A program made the translations under genes and the position numbers. Positions 30,387 through 41,408 of a stretch of DNA of 64,000 nt are shown here, one piece after another; position 1 is the stretch's first letter, and every line of letters starts with the position of its first letter. The notes under the pieces are model-generated. The model worked only from the letters and a program-made list of their open reading frames with translations, ran no database searches and was not told the origin of the DNA. Source of the stretch: an uncultured Verrucomicrobiae bacterium (GTDB lineage Bacteria; Verrucomicrobiota; Verrucomicrobiia; Chthoniobacterales; JAFAMB01); contig CAVXLD010000001.1 of assembly GCA_963762565.1 (NCBI GenBank), forward strand, positions 896,001 through 960,000. Reading direction: 5' to 3'.

Positions 30387-31460
30387 TCACACCCCCAACA
30401 AATCCCTTTGCCAATCCATCAGCACCTTCGTCGCGGATTCCGGCTCGCGGGCCACGGCCTCGAGGATACCTCTCGATGCAACAATAGCTGGATCCAGACT
30501 CAATTCGTTGGAAACCGCATCGCGTTTTGCTCGCAGTCGATCAAGACGCTGTTCTTGTTCCGGGGAAGAACGCAGACGAACGGATTTGGCTCGCTGAGGC
30601 CAACCTGATTCCGGGACTTCCAAGGCGCGCGCGATCGTCTCTTCCAAGCGACGGCGCCTGGAGTGCGGCAACCAAGCCGGCGCTCTCAGCTTATCGCCGG
30701 ATACCGCGTTTTTGGCGAGCTCGATCAATTCCTCGTTCCGCATAATCTGAAAGGTTGGACGATCCACCTTCTGCGCTTCGCTATCGCGCCAGAACCAGAG
30801 CTCACGCAATACCGCCAATCCTCTGGGAGAAAGCGCTGCACTGCCCGAAATCTTCCATACTCGCTCCGGGTCCCGTTCCCGGTCTTCGGCCGTAGCCGCG
30901 ATCGCGCGGTTGCAGGTCTCCTCATACCAAGACCAACGATTGATTTCTCGCAACTGAGCTTCTAGGCGTTCGGCCAGGGGAAGCAGGTATTTTGTGTCGT
31001 TGATCGCGTAGTCGAGCATTACCGGCGTCAAAGGCCTGCGCGCCCAATTTGCCTTTTGCGAAGATTTTGGCAGATCCAGACCAAAAAAACTTTTAACTAG
31101 CGACGCCAACCCAACTTCTTTGATCCCAAGCAATCTCGCCGCCAGATAAGTGTCAAATACTGCGCCCGGCACAAAGCCGGCTCCGCGCCGGAGCATTCGC
31201 AGATCGTAATCGCAGCCATGAAACAGTCCCATGCGCTCCGACAAGAATTGATTGAAGCGTTTAAAATCGATGCCGCTGAGTGGATCGACGATTAAATCCT
31301 GATCGGGAACCGAAAGCTGGATCAGGCAAAGCTTTTCGAAGTAACAATGTAAACTGTCGCCTTCAGTATCAACCGCGATCCGATCGGAAGAACCCTGAGC
31401 ATCACACCATGCATTGAGTTCGTCAGTGCTGGCTAGAATGAAAACCTCTTTTGGGACCAT
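30387..31460 (-). CDS. rnd: Ribonuclease D (3'-5' exonuclease plus HRDC domain)
   Basis: AVDTE..S.H.Y..KLCLIQ, HG.DYD, FDT..AA, W..RPL..YA.ND. Confidence 0.9.
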   Translation of the reverse strand: MVPKEVFILASTDELNAWCDAQGSSDRIAVDTEGDSLHCYFEKLCLIQLSVPDQDLIVDPLSGIDFKRFNQFLSERMGLFHGCDYDLRMLRRGAGFVPGAVFDTYLAARLLGIKEVGLASLVKSFFGLDLPKSSQKANWARRPLTPVMLDYAINDTKYLLPLAERLEAQLREINRWSWYEETCNRAIAATAEDRERDPERVWKISGSAALSPRGLAVLRELWFWRDSEAQKVDRPTFQIMRNEELIELAKNAVSGDKLRAPAWLPHSRRRRLEETIARALEVPESGWPQRAKSVRLRSSPEQEQRLDRLRAKRDAVSNELSLDPAIVASRGILEAVAREPESATKVLMDWQRDLLGV

Positions 31461-31493
31461 CAGTGTCCTGTCCCACAAATAACACGGCTTTCG

Positions 31494-32813
31494 CTAGCGG
31501 AGCGCGGATAGAAGCAGTTCTGCATTTGTCTTCGTGCCTTTAACAGTGTTGAGCAGGACTTCCATCGCCTCGATGGCCGGAAGTTGGGCCAGCTTTTTCC
31601 GAAGGATCGTGATCCGGGCGAACTCGTCCGGGTGATAAAGAAGATCATCCCGCCGGGTGCCAGACTTCAGAATATGAATTGCCGGAAAGATCCTTTTTTC
31701 GAGCAAGGTGCGGTCCAAGTGGAGCTCCATGTTCCCGGTGCCCTTGAACTCCTCGAATATGACTTCATCCATCCGGCTTTCGGTTTCAATCAGTGCTGTC
31801 GCCAGAATAGTGAGGCTACCGCCTTCTTCACAATTACGAGCAGAGCCAAAGAATCGTTTCGGCTTCAATAAAGCCTTGGACTCGACACCGCCGGACATAA
31901 TGCGGCCGCGCCCCGGCTGAAGCGAATTATACCCACGAGCCAGCCTAGTGATGCTATCCAGCAAAATCACGACGTCTTTGCGAAGCTCAACCAGACGCTT
32001 AGCACGCTCGCTGACGAGCTCTGCGACTTGCACATGCCGGGTAGGAGTCTCATCGAACGTTGAGCTAAAGATTTCGCAGTCTAAACACCTGCGAAGATCG
32101 GTTACTTCCTCGGGGCGCTCATCGACTAAGAGCAACATCAAATGGACCTCGGGCGAATTTGCCCGGATTGCCATAGCTATCTCCTTCAGAAGAATCGTCT
32201 TGCCCGCCCGTGGCGGCGCCACGATCAATCCACGTTGCCCTCGTCCCAAAGGCGCAATTAAGTCAACCGCTCGCGCGCTTACGCTCTTGGTCCGGCTGTT
32301 TTCGAGTAAGATGCGCCGGTCTGGGAACAACGCGGTCAGCTGGTCAAATTGCTTAGGCTCGGTCCATTGCTCAATCGGGATGCCCTCGACGCTTAAAACT
32401 TCTTCGACGGCCATGAATTTTTCTTTATCCCGGGGCACGCGGATGCTGGCCTTGATCTTTACTCCCGCGCGCAGCCCGAACCGTTTGAGGGTAGAAGCGG
32501 GCACATAAACATCCTCCGGGCAAGGCGTGAAGTTGTAGCGTTCCCAACGCAAGAACCCATAGGCCTCGTTGGAAAGCTCTAACATGCCTTCGGCTCGAAG
32601 TTTAACCCCTCGGGCGCCGTAAGCCTTTAGTAGATCGAACGTAAATTGATGCCGGGTTCGCTCCTGAGCAACGCGCAGATTGAACTCGCGCGCCAGGTTA
32701 ACCAATTCGGCATGGGCCAACTGATGAAGTTGATCCAATTCCAAAACGGTCCCATTCTCGGCAAGATACTGGGCGCCAGGTAGCTGAACGAGCTCAGTCG
32801 TTTGCGTGTCCAT
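31494..32813 (-). CDS. rho: Transcription termination factor Rho
   Basis: [49 protein letters not shown]. Confidence 0.95.
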   Translation of the reverse strand: MDTQTTELVQLPGAQYLAENGTVLELDQLHQLAHAELVNLAREFNLRVAQERTRHQFTFDLLKAYGARGVKLRAEGMLELSNEAYGFLRWERYNFTPCPEDVYVPASTLKRFGLRAGVKIKASIRVPRDKEKFMAVEEVLSVEGIPIEQWTEPKQFDQLTALFPDRRILLENSRTKSVSARAVDLIAPLGRGQRGLIVAPPRAGKTILLKEIAMAIRANSPEVHLMLLLVDERPEEVTDLRRCLDCEIFSSTFDETPTRHVQVAELVSERAKRLVELRKDVVILLDSITRLARGYNSLQPGRGRIMSGGVESKALLKPKRFFGSARNCEEGGSLTILATALIETESRMDEVIFEEFKGTGNMELHLDRTLLEKRIFPAIHILKSGTRRDDLLYHPDEFARITILRKKLAQLPAIEAMEVLLNTVKGTKTNAELLLSALR

Positions 32814-33408
32814 ACCTCGCTACGATGTGTTTGGCCAGACGATCGGTCTGAAGCTTGGTTATCTGGAGCGGACAATCCGTCCAGACCACGTGGGCCCCTC
32901 GTTCCATCTTGTCGGCCAGCGGCGTCTGAGCATTTATCATTTGTTCAACCAAAGATAAGGATAACGAACGTTTCTGAACCATTCTTTCGGTTTGGGTCTG
33001 GTAGCTGCAAGCCGTGACCACAATCAGGTCAAGGTACCGGTCGGCTTTGGTCTCGAACAGCAATGGTATCTCTGCGAGCAACAGCTTCTTCGCTTTTATA
33101 AGCTCAAGCCATGCCGCCCGAATACGAGGGTGCAAGATATTCTCAAGTTCTTTTCGTGCCTGGGGCTTTTGAAAGACCAGTTCCCGAAGTTGTTCCCGCC
33201 GCAAACGACCCTCGCTGTCAAACAGCTGCGCGCCGAGCTTTAGCCTAATCTCACCTTGTACACCCAAATCGCTGTCCGTCAATCTCCTCGCTTCAGAATC
33301 TGAGCTAAATAGGTTGACTTCCAGCTTATCTCGCAAAATCGCGAATAGTTCGGCCGTAACCGTCGACTTCCCTGTCGCAATCCCCCCTGTGATACCAATT
33401 CCCGGCAT
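32794..33408 (-). CDS. coaE: Dephospho-CoA kinase
   Basis: GITGGIATGKST, LENILHP, IPLLFE. Confidence 0.92.
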   Translation of the reverse strand: MPGIGITGGIATGKSTVTAELFAILRDKLEVNLFSSDSEARRLTDSDLGVQGEIRLKLGAQLFDSEGRLRREQLRELVFQKPQARKELENILHPRIRAAWLELIKAKKLLLAEIPLLFETKADRYLDLIVVTACSYQTQTERMVQKRSLSLSLVEQMINAQTPLADKMERGAHVVWTDCPLQITKLQTDRLAKHIVARYGHAND

Positions 33409-33460
33409 TGGGCAGCTTTTCCTATTAGTGAAAAATCGCGCGTTTCGTCTGCCGACAGAC

Positions 33461-33728
33461 CGGAGGGGAGCCGCTTTGGTATGCACCAGGCGACCTGGCG
33501 ATATTTGTTCAGCGGTCAATCCAACCAAAGAATGTGGCAATGTGCGGCTCCCGGGAATAGCCCAGCGCAAGGATTTACCCATGGTCCAATTTGATTACAC
33601 GCAACCGCAGAGCTGCGAACCGCTGGGTCGTTCCCGGGGAGCCGCCTGTTGTTGCCCGTTTCGGCCGATTAGGGTTAGCACAAAATTCGCGAGGGCGAAA
33701 AGATGCGCTCCAAAGCGGCTCCCCTCCG
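33461..33728. repeat. Core-only copy of the GGGAGCCGC palindromic element
   Basis: CGGAGGGGAGCCGCTTTGG...CCAAAGCGGCTCCCCTCCG; interior resembles 29981-30248. Confidence 0.88.
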
Positions 33729-33740
33729 AGCGCCGGGCAA

Positions 33741-34706
33741 TTAACGCTCCAGTCCCAATCTTTGCTTAAAATATCCAATGGTTTCGCGGACGCCGGATTC
33801 AAAATCCACTTTGGGTTGCCAACCCAGCAAACGTTTTGCTCGGGTTATATCGGGCTGGCGAACACGGGGATCATCTACCGGGAGCGGCTTAAACACGATT
33901 TGCGACGTAGAACCGGTCAGAGCCATGATTTTTTTAGCGAAATCAAGAATCGTCATTTCTGCTGGATTCCCAATATTAACCGGTTCGTGGAAATCCGAGA
34001 GCGACAACCGGACGATACCATCAATCAAATCGGACACGTAGCAGAAGCTCCGGGTTTGGCTGCCATCGCCAAAAACCGTAAGGGGTTCGTTGTGAAGAGC
34101 CTGACTAACAAAGGCCGGGACGACTCTTCCATCTTGGAGGCGCATTCTGGGGCCGTAGGTATTGAAAATCCGGACAATCTTAGTGTCCATGCCATGGAAC
34201 CGGTGGTAAGCCATCGTCATCGCTTCGGCGAACCGCTTGGCCTCGTCGTAGACACCTCTGGGCCCAATAGGATTAACGTGCCCCCAATAATCTTCGCTCT
34301 GTGGGTGCACCAACGGATCACCGTAGCATTCCGACGTTGAAGCCAACAGAAAGGTCGCTCCTTTGTCCTTTGCCAAACCGAGCGTGTTGTGTGTCCCCAG
34401 CGCACCCACTTTCAAAGTGGGAATCGGATGTTCCAGGTAATCTATTGGGCTGGCCGGAGAGGCAAAATGGAAGACGTAATCTACCGGACCGGGAACAAAG
34501 ATGTATTCCGAGACATTTCGGCGGATAAACTTAAAATCGGGATTCCCCGCCAGATGCTCGATGTTGTCGGTATTCCCGGTGATCAGATTGTCGATCCCAA
34601 TGACTCTAAATCCCTCCGCGAGCAATCGATCGCTTAAATGCGAGCCGAGAAAGCCCGCTCCGCCGGTGACCACCGCTGTTTTCTTGTTAGACTTCGTTTC
34701 AAACAT
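33741..34706 (-). CDS. UDP-glucuronate decarboxylase (UDP-xylose synthase) family SDR
   Basis: [50 protein letters not shown]. Confidence 0.92.
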   Translation of the reverse strand: MFETKSNKKTAVVTGGAGFLGSHLSDRLLAEGFRVIGIDNLITGNTDNIEHLAGNPDFKFIRRNVSEYIFVPGPVDYVFHFASPASPIDYLEHPIPTLKVGALGTHNTLGLAKDKGATFLLASTSECYGDPLVHPQSEDYWGHVNPIGPRGVYDEAKRFAEAMTMAYHRFHGMDTKIVRIFNTYGPRMRLQDGRVVPAFVSQALHNEPLTVFGDGSQTRSFCYVSDLIDGIVRLSLSDFHEPVNIGNPAEMTILDFAKKIMALTGSTSQIVFKPLPVDDPRVRQPDITRAKRLLGWQPKVDFESGVRETIGYFKQRLGLER

Positions 34707-34759
34707 GGACACGCTCTACAATCAGAAGGGTATGACTTATGGATGTCGAGGAATAAATT

Positions 34760-35452
34760 CTATTCCTCAACCTTGCGTTGGTAGGTGTGCCGGATGTCCT
34801 GGGCTTGATTCGTCCAAACCGCATCCTCGGAAATGTTAGTAGCATGGTCACCCACTCGTTCGAGAGCACGGGCGATCAAAATAATATTAAGGTACGATTT
34901 TACCTGATTGGGATCTGCCACAATGCGAGCCATGATCTTGTCGCCGACTTCCAGATTCAGCTGATCCAGTTCGCGGTCACGCGATTTCATCTTGAGCGCC
35001 ATTTCAACGTCCCGGTCGACAAAAGCGCGCATACTGTCCCGAAAAATCGCTAGAGCTCGTTGAAAAACCGGCTCCAAAAGTGAAATCTCGGACACAACTG
35101 CTTCCGTGTTCAATTTCTTGGCCTTACGTGCAATCGCAACCGACTGATCGGCGATTCGTTCCAGGTTAGCGCTCAGCTTCATCGCCGAAATGACTTCGCG
35201 CATATCGGAAGCCACCGGATGAAACCGGATCAATAAGTCAATCCCTTCACGATCGATCTCTTTCTCCAAAGAATCGACCTCTTCGTCATCGGCGATCGCG
35301 AGATTGCAGAGATCGTTGTCACGCTTAAGCAGGCCTTCCATGGCGAAGTTAAGAAGCCGCTCTGTCAAACTCGACATCATCAAGACGTCGTTTCTTAGTG
35401 ACTGGAGTGCGGTCTCAAAGTTGCTACTAATGTGTTTACCTAACGGCGCCAT
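34760..35452 (-). CDS. phoU: Phosphate signalling protein PhoU
   Basis: Two repeats with LERIAD and LERVGDHATNISE. Confidence 0.93.
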   Translation of the reverse strand: MAPLGKHISSNFETALQSLRNDVLMMSSLTERLLNFAMEGLLKRDNDLCNLAIADDEEVDSLEKEIDREGIDLLIRFHPVASDMREVISAMKLSANLERIADQSVAIARKAKKLNTEAVVSEISLLEPVFQRALAIFRDSMRAFVDRDVEMALKMKSRDRELDQLNLEVGDKIMARIVADPNQVKSYLNIILIARALERVGDHATNISEDAVWTNQAQDIRHTYQRKVEE

Positions 35453-35521
35453 AAAAATCTAATTCCCCCTCGGCACGGGATAATACCTCTCCCCAAGCCT
35501 CTCGGCGAGGCAGTTTTTAAA

Positions 35522-36045
35522 AACAGGAGCTAGGAGCTAGAATCTAGGAGTTAGGAGGCGTTCTGCGGCCTGAATCGTTCTCGTCCTTCGTCGTCGTCCT
35601 CGTCCTCGAAAAGGTCGCAGGTTAACAAGGCGTTTTTGTTCCCAACGTCCGGAGGGGAGCCGCTTCGGCGCGTAGCCCACGACCTCGCGATGTTTCTTTC
35701 AGCGCTCAATCCAACCACGAAATGTCGCAACAGGCGGCTCCCGCGAATAACCCAGCGCGACGTTTTACCCGTGGCTCCGATTCGTTTCGTTTACAGCGGG
35801 CCTCAGACATGCGAACCGCTGGGTCGTTCCCGGGGGCCGCCTGTTTTTGCACGTTTCGGCCGGATTAATGTTGAGACGAATTTCGCGAGGGCGGACAGAT
35901 TAACGCCAAAGCGGCTCCCCTCCGGGGCATTGGACAATCGCTCCTCGCATCAACAGGCCACGCCTTTCGAGGACGAGGACGACGACGAGAACGATTCATG
36001 CCGCTAGATTTCCTCCTAGCTCCTAGATTCTGGCTCCTGGCTCCT
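35522..36045. repeat. Second full copy of the composite nested element
   Basis: Same shells and core as 29871-30385, with a longer (TCGTCC) tract and a different right spacer. Confidence 0.9.
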
Positions 36046-36051
36046 TCTCGA

Positions 36052-37755
36052 TCACATCCGCTCCGGAACCTCGATACCGAGTAAACCCAAACCTGTTTGG
36101 ATCGTCCGGGAGAACAGATCGCACAGTAAAAGGCGGCTGGCTTTGATCTCGCCCTCGGCCGTAAGCACCGGGCATTGCTCATAAAAGACGTGATATTTGG
36201 CCGCCAACTCATAAAGAAAATTGGCCAACACGTTCGGCTTGAAACCGTCCAGTACCGCCGGCACCACTTCACCAAAGCGTAAAATCTCCTTCCCCAGGCT
36301 CTGTTCGGCAGGATCAGTCAACAGCATACGATCAGGCGGCCGGAATACATCGTCTAACCGGCGAAAAATCGCCCTGCTCCGCACGTACGCATTCTGCAGG
36401 TAGGGAGCTGTGTTTCCCTGAAAAGAAAGCATTTTCGACCACGAAAACACATAGTCGGTTAACCGGTGTTGGGAGAGTTCCGCGTATTTAACCGCGCCTA
36501 GACCCACGACTTTGGCGATTTCTCCGGATTCATCGTCGGGTAATGGCGGATTTTTTTCGCGCACTAATTTCCCTGCCCGTTCGATTGCTTCCTCCAGCAA
36601 CTCGCGCAAGGGAACGGATTCGCCGGAACGCGTTCGCATCAGCTTGCGGTCTTCTCCCAAGATGCTGCCGAAAGCGATATGCTCTAAGTCAACCTTATAC
36701 CCAAGCCTCCGAGCCACCCCGAATAACTGCCTGAAATGGAGTTGCTGCGGTGCGCCGACCACATACCAAATCCCGTCTGGATTCCACCTTTTGATTCGGT
36801 AATCCAAAGTCGCGACATCGGTCGAACCGTAACCAAACCCACCGTCTGACTTGCGGATCATGAACGGCGTTTCCGAAATCTTGTTGTCAAACACTACGGC
36901 CGCACCTTCGCTGATCTCGGCTACGCCCTTGGCTAGAAGGCGTTCGACCATGGACGGCAGCTCGGGGTCGTAAGCGCTCTCGCCGAGTTGTTCATCAAAT
37001 TGGACGCCCAGCAGCGTGTAAATGGCGGCAAACTCGCGACGCGAAAGAGACACACATCGCTCCCAGATGGTCCGGTTCTCCGGGTCGCCCTGTTGCAGCC
37101 GGACCAGCTCAAGCCGGCATTGCTCTAAGACGGCAGCATCTTGCTTCGACCGCAGATCCGCCTCTCGATAGAGGCGCACCAACTCCGCCATGGGTTCAGC
37201 TTCAAGCGCTGCCTCGTTCCGAAAATGTTTCCAGGCGTAAATGACCTTTCCAAACTGAGTTCCCCAATCTCCCAAATGATTATCGGTCACGACTCGATGC
37301 CCTAAAAACCGGGCAATTCGGGCGATCGCATCACCGAGGATTGTCGATCGGATATGACCGACATGCATCGGTTTCGCAATATTAGGGGAGCTGAACTCGA
37401 CGATCAGCGTCTTCGGATTCGAGACCGTATCTACGCCCAACCGGGGATCCTTGGAAACCGCGTGCAGTGTTTGAGCTACAAACTCGGGGTCCAAGCGAAA
37501 ATTGACAAAGCCCGGACCAGCCACTTCCGGCGGAGCACCGATCCCAGCCAGGTCTATCTTTTCGGCAATGCGGCCCGCTAGAGCACGAGGATTCTCCCGG
37601 CGCGCCTTGGCCAAAACCATGGCGATGCTTGTCTGGTAATCGCCATTCCTCGGATCCGCAGTCGGCACTACCTCCGCGGAGTCGACAGGTTCAAGCTCCA
37701 GTGCTGCCAGGGCGTGGGCAAGGCGCTCTTGCAGAGTCTGCGCCACCGTTGGCAT
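36052..37755 (-). CDS. argS: Arginine--tRNA ligase
   Basis: SSPNIAKPMHVGH, DWGTQFG, GNTAPYLQ, C-terminal PERM. Confidence 0.96.
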   Translation of the reverse strand: MPTVAQTLQERLAHALAALELEPVDSAEVVPTADPRNGDYQTSIAMVLAKARRENPRALAGRIAEKIDLAGIGAPPEVAGPGFVNFRLDPEFVAQTLHAVSKDPRLGVDTVSNPKTLIVEFSSPNIAKPMHVGHIRSTILGDAIARIARFLGHRVVTDNHLGDWGTQFGKVIYAWKHFRNEAALEAEPMAELVRLYREADLRSKQDAAVLEQCRLELVRLQQGDPENRTIWERCVSLSRREFAAIYTLLGVQFDEQLGESAYDPELPSMVERLLAKGVAEISEGAAVVFDNKISETPFMIRKSDGGFGYGSTDVATLDYRIKRWNPDGIWYVVGAPQQLHFRQLFGVARRLGYKVDLEHIAFGSILGEDRKLMRTRSGESVPLRELLEEAIERAGKLVREKNPPLPDDESGEIAKVVGLGAVKYAELSQHRLTDYVFSWSKMLSFQGNTAPYLQNAYVRSRAIFRRLDDVFRPPDRMLLTDPAEQSLGKEILRFGEVVPAVLDGFKPNVLANFLYELAAKYHVFYEQCPVLTAEGEIKASRLLLCDLFSRTIQTGLGLLGIEVPERM

Positions 37756-37758
37756 CGT

Positions 37759-38235
37759 TTAAGAAGCTTGAGCCTTTGGCGCTTTATTATCGAAGATAGC
37801 GAGAATCTCCTCCGCCGATTCGGCTCTTCCGAGCTGTTCGCGCACCGATTTGTCGTTCAAAAACTTGGCAATCGCAGCCAATGTCCTGAGGTGCACCTGA
37901 AACTGGTCTTTAGGCACCACAAACAGAACAATGAACTTAACCGGCGAATTGTCTAAAGAATCGAATTCTATGCCGGCAGAAGATCTGCCAAACGCCGCTA
38001 CGACCTCGTTGACGCAATTGGATGATGCATGAGGAATCGCGATCCCGAAGCCGATGCCCGTACTCATTGTTTCTTCCCGTTGGCGCAGCGCCGCTAAAAC
38101 GGATTCGCGGTCGGCTTTTCGAACAGCGCCTTTCTCAACCAACAGATCGATTAATTCAACGATCGCGGCCCACCTCTCGGTGGATTTCATTTCCGGGATT
38201 ATTTGATCTACAGATAAAAGAGAGCCCAAAGTCAT
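37759..38235 (-). CDS. ptsN: PTS EIIA (Ntr/Fru-type)
   Basis: RE..MSTGIGFGIAIPH, F.SLD..PV. Confidence 0.85.
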   Translation of the reverse strand: MTLGSLLSVDQIIPEMKSTERWAAIVELIDLLVEKGAVRKADRESVLAALRQREETMSTGIGFGIAIPHASSNCVNEVVAAFGRSSAGIEFDSLDNSPVKFIVLFVVPKDQFQVHLRTLAAIAKFLNDKSVREQLGRAESAEEILAIFDNKAPKAQAS

Positions 38236-38418
38236 AGCTCGCGAGCCAGAATGCGGCACATTATCAAGGTGCGGACCTTTGACAAGAGCGTTTCGCTTGA
38301 AAGATATGGGCCGCGTGCCATCGATTTTTTTGTTAGCTTTTGCTGGAGCAGCGCACGGCAGAAGACACAGTAACGCCAAATAGAATATTCACCTCCAGAA
38401 CCTGAAAGACACTACGGT

Positions 38419-39867
38419 ATGAAGATTTTGATGGCAACGAGCGAATTTGCTCCTCTCGCGTCCACCGGATCCCTCGGCGAGACGGTACGGACCTTGGCCG
38501 TTGAGTTGAAACGTCTTGGACACGATGTGAGCGTGGCGATGCCACTTTATCGCTCGATCAGGGAAGCGACGTACAAACTGGAACCGTCCTACGACCCGCT
38601 CCAGATCGCTTTAGGGGAGAAAAAAGTGACCGCCGAGTTTCTGACCACGAAAACTACCGAGGGCATCCCGGTTTTTCTGGTCCGGCGAGACGAATACTTT
38701 GACCGCTCCGGAATCTATTCCGGAAATGATCGCGCATATGAGGACAATTCGGAGCGATTTATCTTCTTTTCTAAAGCAGTCGTGGAACTGGCTCGCCTGA
38801 TAACGCCGGCACTTGAAATCGTCCACTGCCATGACTGGCCCACTGCGTTGATTCCCGTCTTCGTTAAAGACAGGCGCCTACCGTTATTGACGGCTCTGAG
38901 TGTTCACGATCTCGAGTATCAGGGTTCTTTCTGGAGCTTCGATTTCGCATTAACCAACCTGGCCGGCGGTTATTTTTCCCCTCGCGGGATCGAGTTTTAC
39001 AACCGGCTGAATTTCCTGAAGGGCGGCATCGTGTACGCCGATTCGGTCGTTTTTCCTGGAGAACTCGTTCTCTATGAATCATTTACGCAAGAGGGTGGAT
39101 ACGGGCTCAACTTAGTCCTTCAAGAAAACTCTAGTCGGACGGTTGGAATCCCGTTCGGTGTCGATTACTCGGCAACTAATCCGCCGTTCGAAAAACTCCT
39201 CGGCCGGAAGATGAAGCTTGATTCTGGAAACGGTAAAGCAGCCTGCCGACAAGCGATTCTGGACCAATTGGAGCTTGAAATCGGAGAGAACGACCTGCTG
39301 ACGGTTTGTCCAATCGAAGAGGGTGATAGCCGGACATTGACCAATGTAATTCCGGTTTTCGATCGGTTACTCACCAGTAACCTGCGTTTCGTATTGCTTG
39401 GCTCCGCCGCGAACAGCTGGGTCTCAGATTTGATGGTCACCCAGCGAAAATACCCGAAGCGGTTCGCCTGGAATCCAGAAGCGGAATCCCGGCTCAAGAC
39501 CCTGGCTCTAGCGGGCGCAGATTTGGCTCTGTTCCCAGGATCGTTGGGGCCTCGCGGCGTCACAGCCATCACCGCCATGCGCTACGGCACTGTCCCGATC
39601 GCAGGTAATCGGGGCGGCCTCCGGCAGATCATTGTCGATTTCGACCCGATTCAAAACGAGGGCTCCGGTCTGGTTTACTACCGGGATCATCCGGAAGCTA
39701 TCTGGGACACCGTGCAGCGAGCTTTCTGGCTAAAGCGGGATCCGGCGAGATGGAACAAACTCGTCGCCGGTTGTGAGGCCGTTGATTTCTCCTGGCCAGC
39801 TTCAGCTCGGACGTTCGCCCAACTTTATGCTGATCTGTTGCGCCACCGGCAAGCGGCATCGGCGTAA
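38419..39867 (+). CDS. Glycogen synthase (GT5) homolog with a degenerate active site
   Basis: MKILM..SE..P, DNSERF.FF, HCHDW, H.L.YQG and AMRYGT..GGL kept; KTGGL, RLxxQKG and PSxFEPCGL not conserved. Confidence 0.8.
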   Translation: MKILMATSEFAPLASTGSLGETVRTLAVELKRLGHDVSVAMPLYRSIREATYKLEPSYDPLQIALGEKKVTAEFLTTKTTEGIPVFLVRRDEYFDRSGIYSGNDRAYEDNSERFIFFSKAVVELARLITPALEIVHCHDWPTALIPVFVKDRRLPLLTALSVHDLEYQGSFWSFDFALTNLAGGYFSPRGIEFYNRLNFLKGGIVYADSVVFPGELVLYESFTQEGGYGLNLVLQENSSRTVGIPFGVDYSATNPPFEKLLGRKMKLDSGNGKAACRQAILDQLELEIGENDLLTVCPIEEGDSRTLTNVIPVFDRLLTSNLRFVLLGSAANSWVSDLMVTQRKYPKRFAWNPEAESRLKTLALAGADLALFPGSLGPRGVTAITAMRYGTVPIAGNRGGLRQIIVDFDPIQNEGSGLVYYRDHPEAIWDTVQRAFWLKRDPARWNKLVAGCEAVDFSWPASARTFAQLYADLLRHRQAASA

Positions 39868-40048
39868 CGGCGTGTCGGCGTACCGCGTGTGGGGGTGCTG
39901 GCCGGTAAGAGGTGGTAGCAAGTGAACTTAGTGGACGCAGTGGAACCTACCTGACGCTGGATCAGAGAGAGTCTAGGCGGTCCACTACGTCTACTCAGTC
40001 CACTCCCGTCCACTAAAGCGGGCGCCCATGCGCCCATACGCCCAAACG
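39862..40048. repeat. Nested element: octamer-like GGCGT/ACGCC shell around a 9-mer (AGTGGAC/GTCCACT) shell
   Basis: Lies between convergent genes; arms abut both stop codons. Confidence 0.7.
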
Positions 40049-40354
40049 TCATTTCGGCTTCGGGTCGCCGTCAAAATCCAGGACCAGGGATTCGGCCATA
40101 TTTGGCTTAATGATCTCCTCTACAAACTTGATGTAGAAAGGGTCCTCTTCAAAAATCCGCAAACGCTCTTTCGAATCGAAATCGACCGAGATAAAAAATC
40201 CCCAAGGATTCGACTTATCCGTCCTCCGACCACATCGCACGTTGGCCGCTACCGAGATCTTCAGGAGTTGGATTCGGGTTTGCATCATGATCACTTCGAG
40301 CTGAGCAGAGCTGATGTTTGGCTTCAGTTTGTAGAGAACGATGTGATGAAACAT
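40049..40354 (-). CDS. Dabb (stress-responsive A/B barrel) family protein
   Basis: MFHHIVLYKLK, F.S, C-terminal VLDF; 101 aa. Confidence 0.75.
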   Translation of the reverse strand: MFHHIVLYKLKPNISSAQLEVIMMQTRIQLLKISVAANVRCGRRTDKSNPWGFFISVDFDSKERLRIFEEDPFYIKFVEEIIKPNMAESLVLDFDGDPKPK

Positions 40355-40476
40355 GAGCTTTTTCGTTTGTAGAAACTACCTTTGTCCGAGGCAAGTATTA
40401 TCAGCGGCCTGACCTTCTATGCCTCAAAAATGGTCACCTATTTAACGCCGGGGGCTGGCTGCGAGCCACATAAAAC

Positions 40477-41337
40477 ATGAAAACCGTCTCGGAAAGTACG
40501 CTGGCTTGGAGAAAAATATGCCACGAAAAATGGGTGGACAGCTGGCAAGAGCGCCTGCTTTGGCTGGGCTCCGAGCGACTGGTGATCACTCAGTTCAACG
40601 GCAGCAAACGAGTTCGGCTGGAGATTTACCAGGTTACCAAGTCCGAAGCTGCCGTTCTGAAACGGGAGTTTGGAGGCGAAATCCGCAATCTGAGCCGATC
40701 CACTGCGGACTGGGTAAAATCGATCGTCCAGAAAAAGCCGATCCCGATTCGCGGCAGGCTTCGCATCGTCAATCTTGAGCCCGAAGCCGGCCAGAGCTCG
40801 GATGGCGATATTATTTTTGTCCCGGCAAGTCTGGCATTTGGGACAGGCGAACACGCAACCACGGCGGGCTGCCTGCGCCTGCTGTGCGATATCATTCCTG
40901 CCCATCATACCGATTGGTCTTTTTTGGATGTCGGTACTGGAACCGGCATTTTGGCCCTGGCCGCTGCCAGGCTAGGCGCCGGACGCATCGACGCTATCGA
41001 CGCAGATGCGGTTGCCGTACGGACCGCGAAACAGAATGCTCGGCTAAATGGTGTATCCCGAAAGCTCCGCATTTGGCGTCAAGACGTTTTGCAATTTCAA
41101 CCGGAGTCTGCCTATGACGTCGTTGCCGCCAACCTTTATAGCGTGCTTCTCCGGCAAGCGCTTCCCCAACTCGTCAAAGCCGCCCGCAAGGGTGGTTTCC
41201 TTATTTTTTCTGGGGTCCTCAGGGAGCAACGGGACGAAATAAAAGACTGGTTGAGAGGATCCGGCTTGGAGCTCAAGGAAACGCGGAACCGGGGAAAATG
41301 GATCGTTTTATTGGCGCAGAAACAAAGGAGTGTTTGA
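40477..41337 (+). CDS. prmA: Ribosomal protein L11 methyltransferase
   Basis: AFGTGEHATT, LDVGTGTGILA, VVAANL, LIFSG. Confidence 0.88.
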   Translation: MKTVSESTLAWRKICHEKWVDSWQERLLWLGSERLVITQFNGSKRVRLEIYQVTKSEAAVLKREFGGEIRNLSRSTADWVKSIVQKKPIPIRGRLRIVNLEPEAGQSSDGDIIFVPASLAFGTGEHATTAGCLRLLCDIIPAHHTDWSFLDVGTGTGILALAAARLGAGRIDAIDADAVAVRTAKQNARLNGVSRKLRIWRQDVLQFQPESAYDVVAANLYSVLLRQALPQLVKAARKGGFLIFSGVLREQRDEIKDWLRGSGLELKETRNRGKWIVLLAQKQRSV

Positions 41338-41408
41338 GGTCGCCGAACAAATCCACCCAAATCCTTGGTTGAAATAGGTGGCTGACACATATAGTCCTCA
41401 AAGGTTTT

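Noticed and set aside
29893..36007. ORFs within repeat elements (e.g. 29893-30177, 33575-33802, 35636-36007; also 19020-19394, 21991-22359)
   Set aside because: Translations such as EDEDDDEN, TQITQI and CLACEAD are read-outs of DNA repeats; no protein motifs.
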